A stretch of 64,000 bases of DNA, from assembly GCA_004431415.1 (NCBI GenBank), contig QPMI01000022.1, positions 186,001 through 250,000 of the forward strand. The letters run 5' to 3'. Positions 13,610 through 26,400 of the stretch are shown in pieces. Position numbers and translations under genes: made by a program. The DNA is from Cyanophora paradoxa CCMP329. Lineage: Eukaryota > Plantae > Glaucophyta. Within the stretch, counting starts at the first letter, position 1; each line of letters starts with the position of its first letter. The notes under the pieces are model-generated. The model did not search any database. It saw nothing but the letters and a program-made list of their open reading frames with translations, and was not told the origin of the DNA.

Positions 13610-13880
13610 TTCTGGACGGTCTGGACCGTTCTGGAACTTCGAGCTTCTAGATCTGGTCCAACTTCTGGACCGTACTAGACGGTCTGGAGTCTGGACGAGA
13701 CTGGACGGTACTGGAGTAACTGGACCATATTAAAAATATTACCGCCGATTTACCGTGATCGAGTCACGCAGATATTCTTTGAGTCTGCATGTGCATGCTC
13801 ATGATCACTGACTCAGTGAGTCACCAGTCACGAGTCACGAGTCACGACTCACGAGTCACGACTACTAGTAACGAGTCACG
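13610..13880. repeat. Degenerate ~10-bp CTGGAC repeats followed by a GAGTCAC heptamer array
   Basis: ctggacggt/ctggaccgtt units at 13610-13727; gagtcac/gactcac units at 13819-13880. Confidence 0.75.
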
Positions 13881-14004
13881 ATCAAGTTGCAAACTTGCAG
13901 ATTGCAATTGAGCTCAACTTGAAATTGAATTTATCAATCTGGTACCCCAGGCGGAAACATGTACACCATGGATGCGAAAACCACCTCGCGATCGCGATCG
14001 CGAG

Positions 14005-14520
14005 CAGTGTTCGGTAAAGCCCCCCCGCACCCCCCCATTTAATAAGTTTTTGTTGTCTTCTGATATCAGGTGCTTAGCGCTATAACGTATAGTGTACGAG
14101 CTTCGGCGTCATAAGTAATAAGTTATAACTTAGTATGTAACATAAGTGCCTTGCGTCATAAGTAATAAGTTATAACTTAGTATGTAACATGTTCGGTGAA
14201 GTTTATTTCCCCTAAATTTAATTGACCCTTAATCGATATCGGAGAAGATTGTGCAAATGTTTGCACAATTGAAAACATTCCAAGCACCGCAAAAGCACTG
14301 TACTCCGATGATTTTTAGACTAGTAGCGCGTAAGTATAAGCGTTACGATGATACTCGAGAGTTAAGATTTACGATGATACCCGAGAGTTAAGATTTAACG
14401 ATCGCAAATAACGTCGTCGTTCGAGTGACTGCTGCGTTCGCGCCGCACTCGAGAGGGGGGTGCCGCACTCGAGAGGGGGGTACCCATCTCAAGGAGGCGA
14501 CCTTCGCCCTCCGAACAGTG
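14005..14520. mobile_element. Candidate non-autonomous DNA element (MITE-like)
   Basis: AT-rich block not seen in the paralogous upstream region of gene A. Its ends CAGTGTTCGG (14005-14014) and CCGAACAGTG (14511-14520) form a 9/10 inverted repeat. Internal direct repeats at 14106-14190, 14344-14397 and 14442-14481. No clear target-site duplication. Confidence 0.35.
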
Positions 14521-15000
14521 ACAGCGCTAGCTTGCGCATGCGCATGCGCAGGCAGCGCAGCGGACGTCGACTCAGTGATCATGAACTGCGCTAGCTGGAG
14601 CCGGCGCATGCGCAGATCTAGACCGAACTTGTCGCGACTTGCGATCGCGATTCCACATGCACATGTACATGCACGCAAAGGGGACTTGCGATGTCCACGT
14701 GCATGCGCACGTGCACGCAAACGTCGCAAAGCTTGAGAGATATCCGATCTATATATAAAGCTACCGGTACCCAGGAAGAGCCGCTTGCGGGTCAATTGGC
14801 AAGTTGCGGCTGATCATGATTCCACCACCCCGGATCGGACAAATTCAACAATATCAATATTGAATTATTGCACTTGTTACATTATTCCGACAGCACCGCA
14901 AATGTACAGAAAGGTACGCGCGCCTTCCTTGCAATTACCGGGCCCAGGACAAATCGCAACCGGCGCCATTTCCGGGGCTCTAATTATAATCAGCGTTTGA

Positions 15001-18000
15001 TCAGTGGCCGCCGGCGCGTCCCGCCTTGGCGCCCTCCGTGAGGGGCCGGCGGGGCACCGCCTCCGCCCCGCGGCTCTCCGCCGCCGGGTCCGCGACCTCC
15101 TCCTGCAAGAAAATCTCAGCCAAGAAACCGAGAAAGAGATTAAGGCTAGATCTAGATCTAAAATGGGCGAATAATTGAACGCTGGGGCTCCCCTGCGAGA
15201 AACGAACGCACGCGGCAGACGCCGCGGAGGCGGAGGGAATAAAAAATTAAAGGAATCTAGATATTACGGTCTAGATCTAGATCTAGAACCGGGTGCTTTA
15301 AAGGTCTAGATCGCTTACGAGAATAGATTTTTAAGCAACGAATTCGATTCGCGCCGGGGCGCGGGCTCCCCTGGTAGAAACGCACGCGGGGGACGCCGCG
15401 GAGGCGGGGGTCGCCGGGGTCCAGCCGCACGCCGGGCAGGTCGGCGTTGGCGGGGCCCTCGAGCACCCGGCCCCGCGCGTCGAACCGCGAGCCCTGCACG
15501 CGCCCCCGCCACCCGTTAGAGCTTCTCTGAAGGCGTCTTCTTTCTTTTGTGGATTGCTATAGCTAACATCTGGTCTTCTCAGAGTGGGGTTGTTGGTAGG
15601 AGGGGAGGGGAGGGGAGGGAGGGGAGGGGGAGGGGGGGGAGCGCACGTGGACGGGGCAGTCCCAGGACCTGAGGGCGGCGGGGATCGAAGTCAGGCGCGC
15701 GCAGGTATGATAGCGGTCTGAGGGTGCTGGCGCCAGCGAGTCTTGAACACAAGCTTCCTCTCGAGCTCCTAGCGCTGTATCGATGTATGATATCTCTCTA
15801 GACGGGGCGGGGCGGGGCGGGGCGGGGCGGGGCGGGGCGGGGCGGGGCGGGGCGGGGCGAGAAGGCTGAGCTTAAGCCAACCCAAACTCTATTATGAAGG
15901 GGCCTTCGACGGGCCGGGGCGGAGGAGGGCGGGGCGGGGCGGGAGGGGCGCCGCACTTCTCGAGGGCGTTCCACTGGAGGGCCCCGTACGCGTGCGTGCA
16001 CACCTGCGCGGAGAAGGCTCGAGCGAGAAGGCGGGTCCGGTCCGGCGGGAAGAAGAGCTTAAGCCGGTCCGGTCCGGCGGGCCCCTTATAACCTAGCTCG
16101 AGCGAAGAAGTAGAAACTGAGCTTAATTATAAGGCCACTAGGCGGGTCCGCTGGATCTAGAGCTTGGTGTGTCCGGGCCGGGGGCGAGGCGCGGAAGGGG
16201 CTAGGCGCGGCTAGGCTCGGCTAGGCTTTGCTGGAGTGCCCGGAGATGGGGGGAGGGGGAGGGGGAGGAAAAGGGAAAGGGGATTGGGGGGGGAAAAAAA
16301 GGGGGGGGGAGCGCACGGCGGAGCAGAGGTGGAGTCTGCCGTTGTCGTCGCGGTACGCGGCCACCTTGTCCAGTGGGCCCCGGCTCAGCACCGCCCCTGG
16401 AGGAGGGGGGGCGGGCGGAGAAGGAGGGAGGCGTCAGCGGATAATATTGATAGTATAAGCTTCGGTTCTGAGTTTGGGGGCGGGGGAGGTGGGGGGGGGG
16501 GGGGGGGGGATGGGCTCGCCCTGGCCGGCGGGGATGTCGGCGGCCCGGGCGAAGGAGGGGGCCGACTCGTAGCCCCCGACCCCGCCGTAGCTCCCCAGCG
16601 CCAGCCGCGCGTACCTGCGGGGATCCGAACTGAGCTTCTCCTAGTAGGAGAAACGACGCAGGGGGCAGGGACGACGCTTCTGATATTACTATCCACCCCT
16701 CTCGTCCACCCGCAAGAAGAAACTGCAGCTTAAGAGGAAAGCTCCTCGCACACGCGCGTACCCCCACATGGCGTCCTTGAGGCCGCGGGCGAGCTCGAGG
16801 GTCGACGAGTAGGAGAGCGGCGGGAGCCGCCGCGGGTCGTAGATCTGTGGAGGGGGGGGGGGGGGAGGGGGAGGGTAGGGTAAGCATTGAGCCAGGGGAG
16901 GGGAGGGGAAGGGGGGGGGACGGGGGGGAAGCGGGCCTTGGCCCAGGCGTTGGGGCGCCCGAGGATCTGGTCCGAGAGGGCGATCGCCGCCTGCGGCCAT
17001 GGCCAGAGGCTGTGATGCGGGGCGGGGGCAGATGCAACCGCAGGGGCAGGGGGCAGCTATATATATCCAGTGCAGCTGCAGCATGCAGCTGCAGCCAGTG
17101 CAGCTATATAGCCAGGGGCAGAGGCTGTGAGGCGAGGCGGGGCAGCCGCGGGGGCGGGGGGCAGCTAGAGGTGGTTGGGCCGCTCGCCATGGTGCCGTTG
17201 GTCATGCTGCGGGGCGCGGGGTCAGATCAGATCAAATCACATCAGATCGGATCAGATCAGATCCGATATGATATGATATGATATGATCTGAGGCTTAAGT
17301 TATTGCGTACCCGGTGCCGGAGTCGCCGGTGGCGACGAGGACGGAGGGGTACGAGAGGGGCGCCTGCCCCACGAAGGGCAGCCCGTCGAACGGCTCCTGA
17401 ACCTGAGCTCGGACGGCTCAAGCGAGCCGGGGAGAAGGGGCTGGGAAGCGAGAGGGAGAGAGAATGGAGCAGGAGGATTTGCGCAAGAGGGGGGGGGGTT
17501 CGGAAAGGGGGTACGGGGCGCGCCTGGCCGCTCCAGCGGTGGACGACGTCGCGGCACATCGGGAAGCGCTCCCGCGCCCAGGCCTGCGTACCCCCGGCCG
17601 CGGCTCGCTTCGGCGGGCCGAGTGGAGGGGGGGGGGGTAGGACGGGCGGGGGGGGGGGGTACGCGCGCGCCTCGAGGCGGTCGAAGCGGACGCGGTAGGG
17701 CCCCGGCGTCCGCCCCTGCGAACGGAGCTCAGATCAGATCAGGTCCGAGCGCTAGAGCGCGGCGCGGGGATCCTAAGATTGGAAGAAGAATATCCTAAAG
17801 CTACTCTTTTTCTTGCTCTTCTTCAGCGCCGGCGCACCGTACGGTGGTCCTCGCCGCCGACGATGAGGACGTCGTCCCCGCCGGCCCCGGCCCCGGCGCC
17901 CGACTGCAGAGCGGGTTGCTCAGGAGCCGGGGCGGGCCGGGGCGGGGCCGGGGCGGGGCACGCGAGCGGGCGGGAGGGCGGGGCGGACCTTCAAGCGAAC

Positions 18001-20369
18001 GTAGTGGTAGGGATCCTGCGCGCGATCGCGAGACCTCAGCTCTGAGTTGGTATCGCAATCTAGATCTCTGATGTATTTGCGAGTCGGCAAGCGCTCGCAG
18101 AGCAAGCGAGCGCGCCTCGGTGTCCCAGAAGAGGGCGCGGGGGGGGCCCAGGGCGCCGCGGGGAACGCGCAGGGCGAGGACCTGGGGGGGGGAGGGAGGG
18201 GGGGGGGAAGGGAGGGGGGGGTCAGGCATGTAGAGGGCTCTCTCTCCAGGGAGGGCGGGGCGGGGCGGGGCGGGGCGGGGCGGGGCGGGGCGGGGCGACG
18301 GCGTACGTAGGTGCGGGAGGGCGACATGCGGGAGGCCAGCAGGGCGTCCCCGACCTGAGGCGGAGGGAGGTGGGGCGCGAGGGGTCAGGCAGGGCTCTCT
18401 AGGGAGGGGGCGGGGAGGGCAGGGCGAGGGCGGCAGAGGATGGGACGGGGGCGCGGGGGCGCGGGCGCACGATGTTGGTGTGTGGGGGCGAGCAGGTGGC
18501 GAGGACGAGGCGCCGCGCCCGCACGCGCCCCGCCACAGAGCCTGCGGAGCAAAGTTTAGGAACGAGAGGGGCGCCAAGAGATAGCCTAAGATGCTTAGGT
18601 GTGGCGGTAGAGTTGAGGGTGGGCTGTGCCCGGTCGGGCAAGCCTTGCATGCACTGGCCAGGTTTAGGAACAAGAGGGGCGGAGGCGCCGGCCGGCCGCA
18701 CCGTCGCCGGCGCGGAGGGCGACGGCCGTGACTCCCTCCGCGGCTGCCGTCGAAATCGTGCGGCCCCGTACGCGTCAGCCGCAGCCGCCAGCCGCCGGAA
18801 ATTCGGGGAAATTCTCGAGGCGCACAGGGGTTCTCGAGGCGGCCCATCTCGGTACCCTCGTAGATCGACGCCCCGTGGCGGGCCGCGGCGTCCGCCAGGC
18901 CCCCGATGTACCTGCCGAAGATCAAATTTCCGGATCAAATTTCGGAGATCGATCAAATCGCGATCGCACTTGAGGGGGTGGAACTGGCCCATGCCGGCGA
19001 AGCGGAGGCAGCGCCCCGTGTCGAAGTGCTCCAGCGGCGCACGGTCCACGAAGTCGACCTTCAGGCCGCACCGCCGCGCCGCTGCGCGCGCGCGCCGCCC
19101 GGCCCGGAGATCAAATTTCGCTATGCAGGCGGGGCCAGGGCGCAAGCGGCACCGTGCAGCTCGCGCTCGAGGATGCCGGTGCGCTTCCCCGGCGGGTCAA
19201 AGCTGCGCCGGGCCGCGGATCAAATTACGGAGAGCTCGATCAGGGGAGGCGAGCGCACAGGTACGCGTCGAGGCGCGTGAGCTCGCAGTCGATCTTCTCT
19301 GCGGAGGGCGTAAGCTCAGCTCGGAGCACCGCAGGATCCGAATCCGAACGCGCGCGCCCTCGCGGGTGACGCGCTCGATGAAGTCAACGGCGGCGAGCTG
19401 GGACTCCCCAACCAGGCGCGCCGTCTCCCGGCCGTGGATCTTCTCCAGCTCGCAATAGTAGTCGTCGACCTCGATCTGGCGCACGAGGCTCGAGAGAGGC
19501 GGCCGCGGGAGAATTCGAATTCGAATTCGAGAGCGGGGCGCGCGCGCCTGCAGGTGGGCGGTCGTGCGGCCCGTGTTGCCCGCGCCGATGGTGCGCCGCT
19601 CGAAGAGCGCGACGGACTTTCCCGCCTTCGCGAGCAGGTACGCCGCTGCGCCGCGCCCGGATCGAATTCAGGCGGAGAGCGGAGCTAGGTCGACGGAGAA
19701 AGCAGCGCCGCTCACCAGTCAGGCCCGTGATCCCGCCGCCGACGACCAGCACTGCACATCCGAAAGTTTCCTGTCAGCAGGCGGCCGCGGAAGTTCCTGA
19801 CAGCTCGAGGCCTAGGCGGCGCGGGAGGCACGTGCCATCGAGCGTTTTCTCCCCCTCGAACTGCGGGTATGTCGGCTTCGTCTTGCAGACCTGCACGCGC
19901 GCAATTGCAATGCTCAGAGCTGATACGAAGCGGAGGGCCAGGCGGCCGCTAGTGCGTAGTACTAGTTCAAGCTGCAGGACGGGAGAAGAGCACGGAGCCG
20001 GCACGGCGCGCGTCAGATCTGCTAAGAGCAGCGCAGGGAGCGAGCTCGTGTGCGAGCGAGCTCCTCGTGGTCGCGCCAGCGCGAGATCGCGCGCGTACAT
20101 CGGCCAATTCGGCGCGCCTCATCGAACCAGGTGGACTCGGTGACGCCGACGGAGCTGCAGTGCCGCGGGATCGTGGACCCGCTTCCGAAGCTTGTCGAGG
20201 TTGCCATCCCTGCGCATGCGCGAGCTCCGTCGATCGACCGGAGCGCCTCGGGCCGGGGGCGAAGCGCAACGAGCGAGCGCGCACGGAAGGTGACGAGGAT
20301 GGCTGGCCTGTGCACGCGGTGCCTGCCGAGTGGGAGGCCGCGAAGAAAGAGACCTCTGGAGGGGTACAT
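15001..20369 (-). CDS. FAD-dependent oxidoreductase (DAO/glycine-oxidase family) with C-terminal Rieske [2Fe-2S] domain, YhfW-like; more than 20 exons
   Basis: VLVVGGGITGLT (GxGxxG), AYLLAKAGKSVALFE..IGAGNTGRTTAHL, GQFHPLK, ALFWDTE, DPYHYVRL, LIVGGEDHRTG, HRWSGQ, DGLPFVG, VATGDSG.GMTNGT. Rieske motifs VCTH..G.LQWN.LEK, SWDCPVH and GSRFD..G.VLEGPA. The Arg-rich acid-free N-terminus resembles a mitochondrial presequence. TGA at 15001-15003. Confidence 0.9.
15803..15858. repeat. (GGGGC)n intronic microsatellite; similar arrays at about 18252-18296 and 22573-22604 (CCCCG)
   Basis: Perfect pentamer arrays read directly. Confidence 0.9.
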
Positions 20370-20452
20370 GTGATATTAGCACCGCTTGGCCGTGCGACGA
20401 GGCGCGATCCGATCCAGTCGACCGCTCGCCGCGCGCTACATCGGCCGCTGCA
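20370..20452. promoter_or_regulatory. Very short divergent intergenic region (probable bidirectional promoter)
   Basis: 83 bp between the inferred ATGs at 20369 (-) and 20453 (+). Motifs ggggtacatgt, accgcttg, cgctcgccgcgc and atcggccgctgcaATG are conserved in the paralogous region 34539-34609. Confidence 0.5.
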
Positions 20453-23400
20453 ATGAGCGGAGGCGGCGGGGCCGCCGCCGAGACGGTGCGCTCCACGGTT
20501 CGCGCTTACGCGTCATCGCGCCCTCGCTGACCTGGACGTCAGGGCCCGTTGGCGTAAGTGAAAGCAGTGTGAGATTTCAATTGCAAGTCCGTCGCTAACG
20601 CCCTACGGCAGGACGAACTTGGCCCGCTTACTCATCGAGAGTAAGCTCTGCTTCCTAATGCATGGCGTCTCCCTGACTTCGGCATGCGCAGTTCTCATCA
20701 TTCTGTGCCTTAGCCGCTCGCTCGGTTACGTTCTAAGGCGATGGTTGAGCCAGTGCGTCACCCGTCAACGCCAGCTGCAGAGCTTGCAAGGCATCGTGCC
20801 CCTTAGCGCCGAGGACGGCCGCGTCTGAGCGTGCGCGCGTGCTCTCAGGCCTATGGTGATTGCAGAGATCATATCGGGGCTGATGCTCGGTGCGGCCGTG
20901 GCCGCGGCTCTCTCGCTCGAGCTCGCGCAGCGCGGATCTAATCTTCGCGCAGGGCCCACGGCGTTCGGGCACATACCTGGCTTCTCCGAGCACGTATTGT
21001 AAGCTAGCGCTCCCACCTAGCGGCGATCCGGCGCACTTCATTGCCGTTGACGTGCCCCTCAGCCCCAAGCTCAGCCGGGACATTCTCCAGGTGCGCTATA
21101 TATAGCTCTCTGCAATATAAACATTTTCTATCACTCCTTCACGAACCCTGCCCACCCGCGGTCCTCCTCGCTTCTCCCCCCTCGGATCAAATCTCCTTGC
21201 ACGCTTCTCTGCGCCCACTATAGCTCTCTGCGGAGCGCTAATATAAACGTTTTCTATCACTCCTTCACGAATCGAACCCTGCCCACCCGCGGTCCTTCTC
21301 ACTTCTCTCTAGGATCCTCCCGCCCGCGGTCCTCCCCCCCCCCTCACTTCGTTCGCAGGAGTTCGCGGACGTCGGGCTGCTCCTCTTCATGTTCCTCATC
21401 GGCCTCGAGCTGAACCCCAAGATGCACGCGCCCCGAGCCCCCCTTCCGCCCCCGCCCCGCCCCCCGCGCCTGGCGTGACGCCGCCCCGCCGCCCCGCGCA
21501 GGTTCAAGGCGCAGCGGAACAAGGCGCTCGTCATCTCCGTCACCTGCATCGCCCTCCCCTTCGCTCTCGGCGCCGCCATCAGGTGCGCCCCGAAGCCTCC
21601 GCCGCAGCTTCTCTCCGCCCTCGCTCAGCATCGTGCCTCGGCCTCTGCAGCCCGTACCTGCACAAGGACCAGGCCGCGGTCCCCTTCCAGTCCTTCGTCC
21701 TCTTCGTCGGGGTCTCCATGAGGCGCGCTATTAAAAGCTCCCCCTCAGCTCAGCTTAAAATTTCGCTTAGCTTGCCCTCCGCCCCCCGCAGCATCACGGC
21801 CTTTCCCGTGCTCGCCCGAATCATCGCCGAGGGCAAGCTGATCACCACGCGGTCCGCTCATATGAGCCACCCGCCCGCGCCCGACCAGCGTACCCCCTCA
21901 CGCTCGCCCCCCCCCCCCCCCCCCCCCCCCGCAGCGTGGGCGTCGTCACGCTCGCGGCCGCCGCCGTCAATGACGTCATCGGCTGGATCATCCTCGCGTT
22001 CGCGTGCGTGCAAAGCCGTCACTCCCGCGAAGCATCGTCGTACCCGTGCGAAGGGGGTTCCGGCAGCGTTTCGATCGCGTCGTCGGGGGGTAACCCTCTC
22101 ACCGCGCTCTGGACCACGCTTGAAACGGTACCCCTCCCCATCTGGCACCTTTCTAGCCCCTCTGACCCCCCCGCTCCCCCCTTCGCAGTTTGGTTTCATG
22201 ATCGTGCGCCCCTATACCCTTGTCCCCCGCCCTCTCCCCCTAGCCTCATACCCCCTACCCCCCTTCTCCCTTCCACCCTCACCTGTACCCGTGCCCCCGC
22301 AGGGCATGTTCATCATCGTGCGACCCCTCCTCGTGCGCCTGTACCCCCTTCCCCCTGTACCCCCCTCCCCTTTTTCGGCAATCGTCCGACGCCCGCCCCG
22401 CAGAACCGCATCGCGAAGCGCATCAGCGGGCGCCACATCTCCCAGGTACCCCCCGCCCCCTCCCTTTGCCCCTCTAGATCTTTCCCTCCTCTCCATTCCC
22501 CAACCCCACTTTTCCCCTCTTCGCAGCCGGTGGCGACGGGCATCCTGGCGTGCATCTTCGCGAGCTCATGGCCCGCCCCGCCCCGCCCCGCCCCGCCCCG
22601 CCCCGCGCCCCTTTGCTGTGCTTTGCGCTGCGGCTGACGCGGCCTCTCCCCCGCGCGCAGGGCCACCGAGGCGATCGGTGGCTACCCCCCTCCTATCCTC
22701 GGCCTCCCGGCCTCCGGGCTTCCGAAAGCCGACTGTACCCCCCCCGCAGGGATCCACGGCCTCTTCGGCGCCTTCACGTTCGGCGCCAGTGCGTACCCCC
22801 TTCTCCCCCCCTCCCCTTCCCCCTTCTCTCTGCCTGAGCGCCCCCGCTTGCGCAGTCTTCCCGAAGGAGGACCGGCACCTCATGGAGCACTTCACCGAGA
22901 AGATCGAGGACGTGCGCGCGCCCCCGGCTCCGCCCCTCCCCTCTCCTCTTCTCTCTGACGGCCGCGGGCGGCGCCGGCGGCGGCGCAGCTGACGGTGTGC
23001 TTCCTGCTGCCCCTCTACTTCGTCGCCACCGGCCTCAAGACGGACCTCGGCCTGCTCAACAATGGTCCGCTCGAGGCTTGGATGGGCCGCTGATTATGAG
23101 CGAGGTTGCGGGGATTCATCAGGAGCTCATCCGCAGGGTCGGCGTGGGGCGTGGCGGCGCTCGTTCTCTTCATCGCCTGCGTGGGCAAGGTGCGCCGAGT
23201 CTGGCGGGCCGGGGCTGATAGATAGGGCGAGGCCGCGGCCGGCAGGTGCTGGAAGATCGATACTCATAAGATGCCCGAAGCCAGTCCGGCAGGGCCGATA
23301 GGCTGCGACTGATATCGATCGTTGGAGATAACTATAAGATGCCTGCCACCACAATCCAACGCTCACGTCTGTTCGTTCGTTTGCAGGTGCTGGGCGGGCT

Positions 23401-26400
23401 GGCGTCGGGGCGGATGTGCGGCCTCTCGTGGCGGGAGTCCCTCACGCTGGGCGTCCTCATGAACACGCGCGGCCTCGTCGAGCTCATCGTCCTCAACATC
23501 GGCCACGACGCCGGGGTACGCGCGCGTTCGGTTCAAAGCTGAAGCTCAAGCTTCAGCACACAGTGACGGTGCTGCGCAGATCCTGAACGACACGCTGTTC
23601 GCGGCGCTCGTCGTGATGGCCCTCGTCTCGACCTTCGCCACCGCGCCCATCGTCCGCCTCATCTACCCCGTCGAGAAGGTGCCCCCCCGCCCCCCGCCCT
23701 CGGCCTAGGCCTTAAGCGGCGCCCTCCGGATCCGGCCTCCAACGCTGAAGCGCCCCTCGCTTCGTTCTTCGCTGATCTAATCCGATCCAACCCTGCTCGG
23801 CCGTCCTGACGCTCGCCTCGCCTCGCCTTCCCCCGCGCTCCTCGCCCTCATGATCAGGTGATGCGGACGCTGCGGAACAAGGCGCTGGTGGAGTCGCCCG
23901 ACGGCGCCTTCCACGTCCTCGTCGCCATCGACAACCCCGCCCAGACCGGCCTCGTCACCGTCGGTGAGACCAGGCCCCCTCCGTCTGCCGCCCGCCCTCT
24001 CAGGCTCCGTGCCGCAGCGCACGCGCTGGGGTCGTACTTCAAGGGCGGGGCGACGTACACGCTGCTCCACCTCGTCGACATCTCCGACAGGCCCTCCTCC
24101 TACATGGTACGTAAGCTGGGGCCTAGGAAAACCGCTCGCTCGGATAATGGTGTACATGGCGCCCGATCGCTTCCAACTTGCGGGTTAGCTTCCAAGCTTA
24201 TAATTACTCTGCCTAAGCTCCCGTCATGCGAAGGACGTCGACTCGGAAAGCTTCTCGCTCGAATTGTAAAGTTTCTCGCTGATCGACGGCCACGCAGCAC
24301 GACCTGCACGCGGTGCTGGAGGAGGGCCCGGCGGCCGTGGCGCCGCGCATGGCGACGATCCTCGAGCGCGCCAAGGCCCTCCAGCTCAAGTACGAGGTGC
24401 GGAGCTCTTCAATATTTCATATCTTAGCTTCACTTAGCTTATAATTAGCTTAGTTTAGCCTAGCTTCACAACGAAAGCGTTTGGTTTCGAGATAATCTAG
24501 ATCTGCAGCACTGCCCGGAGCTCCCGTACGCGTCTAGCTTGAGATGACGTTTGATCCTTAACGGCACTTAAGCTTATTTCTGACTAGAAGATAAAGAAGA
24601 CGAGTGCAAGAAGGCTTAAGCGTCGCGCGCGCCGCAGGTCGAGACGGTGAACACGAGCGACGAGGCCGTCGACATCGCCCACCAGGCCAAGGCCCGCGAT
24701 TCCGCCTTGTGAGCCCGCGCCCGTGCCCGCGCCCGCGAACCCGCCCTGCCTCCAATTAAAATAGAATGTTCGATGCGCTTCCCCTTCCCTTCGGCCCCGC
24801 TTCGCCCCGCCCCACCCCGCCCTGCGCGGCTCACGGAGCGCGGCCGGCGGCAGCGTGCTGATGGGGTGGTCGGCGGGGAACCTGCTGGCGGGCCCCGGGG
24901 CGGAGGGCCGCGCCGTCTTCGCCACGCAGACGATCCGCGACCTCCTCGCCTCCGTAAAGTCCAACCTCGGCGTCCTCGTGCGCACCTGATTCGTAATACT
25001 AAATTAAGACGAACAGCACTTGTCCCTGCGGCTGGGGGGCCCGTGTTCTGACAAAAGAGGAGTACCGTGGGGCCGAGATCTAGAGGCCTCACCTCTCCTG
25101 GAAAAAGAAGAACAGCACCCCATAAAACTCTCGCTGCGCTGCTTGCGCCTTCCCTTACATAGCATGACATCCGCCCGCCCGCAGGTGGACCGCGGCGTCG
25201 GCCTCTCGATCAAGCGCGTCCTCCTGCCCTTCCGCGGCCCCGCCGCGGGCCTCGTCGGCTCTGGGACGGTCAAGACGGCGCGCCTCCTCGCCCGCACCCC
25301 CGGCGTCACCGTCTACCTCCTCCAGGTTCGAACCCGCCCGGATCCGCTTTGTTTCGATTGTCGCTTGCAATCGAACTTTGCTCCCGCACGCAGCTGGTGC
25401 ACAGCAGCGAGGACCCGCGGCCGCAGGTCCGTTCATCCGTCTGCGCCCCGCTCGACCTCACGTGCACTCCGCCCCGTCGCAGATGGAGGAGGAGCAGCTT
25501 GTGAAGAAGAAGTGCTCCGCGCGCTTCCAGTTCCTCCGCCGCGTCGCCCTCGACCTCACCGACGTGCGCCGAACACATAAGGGCTTCAAGAAGCTTCTCA
25601 TAGATTCTTGTAGAATTTCTTATAGAATTTCTTATAGTCGCCCTTGACCTCACTGGCGTGCGCCCGGCTCCGCGAAGCCTCTAACTAACTGAGCCTACAA
25701 ATCGAATCCTCGTTCTAGTTCTCTCCACTCTGACCTCTTCGCAGCTCGCGATCGAGGAGTCGGTCAAGGGCTACGACCTCGCGATCGTGCCGGCCCCGCG
25801 GGACTCGCCCCCGCCCTCCACGCGCCTGCCGCTTGCGCGCCTCCGCTCCGCCAGCGCCGCCGACGGCCCCAAAGGTCCTTTAGCATTTTCTCTTATCTTA
25901 CGTTTTCTCTTATCTTCCCTTAGGCGACCGGGAGGAGCTGGACGTGGAGCGGTTCGTGCGGGGGACGCAGCTGAGCGTCCTCGTGGTCCACGCCCGCGCG
26001 GCCGATGCCGAGACCGGCGAGTCGGTGGGCGCCGGCGGCGCCACGGAGCGCGGCATGACGAACTCGGTCCGTAGAATTCGATCCCGCCTTGTTTGGCCCC
26101 TAGATCGATATCCAGATCTAGATCCCGGCCTAGATTCAATCTGAGCAACTCGCGATCGGTCGGTTTGATTCCGTCTTGTTTGCGTATTTTTAATCTAGAT
26201 CTAGATTTGATCTAAGCGCAACTACATCTAAGAGGCCACCCATCTTTACGCCACCTCCCTTCAGATTAGCATGGAGCCGCTGGTGGACGCGGGGCGCCGG
26301 TCGGCGGCCGCCGCCGCCGCCGCCGCCGCCGCCGGCTCCGCGCGACCGCGGCTCTCCGTGGCGGGGGCGGAGGTGGAGAGCGACCCGGAGCACGGGTACG

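Larger units (their letters stand above)
3600..15000. repeat. Tandem segmental duplication, about 3600-8170 vs about 10000-15000, including upstream non-coding DNA
   Basis: Shared exons and introns, plus shared non-coding anchors: gtgctcaatgattgtt (7081/13579), gtaccccaggc.gaaac (7145/13942) and the aattcaacaatat...gacagcaccgc...ggacaaat block (8040-8170 vs 14840-15000). Confidence 0.85.

Noticed and set aside
21475-22992. 505-aa plus-strand ORF
   Set aside because: Read-through of stop-poor C-rich introns in CHX1; only fragments are in the real frame.
25325-25345. GGTTCGAACCC tRNA T-arm-like motif (also near 55498)
   Set aside because: No cloverleaf; it coincides with a splice donor in one case and with coding sequence in the other.
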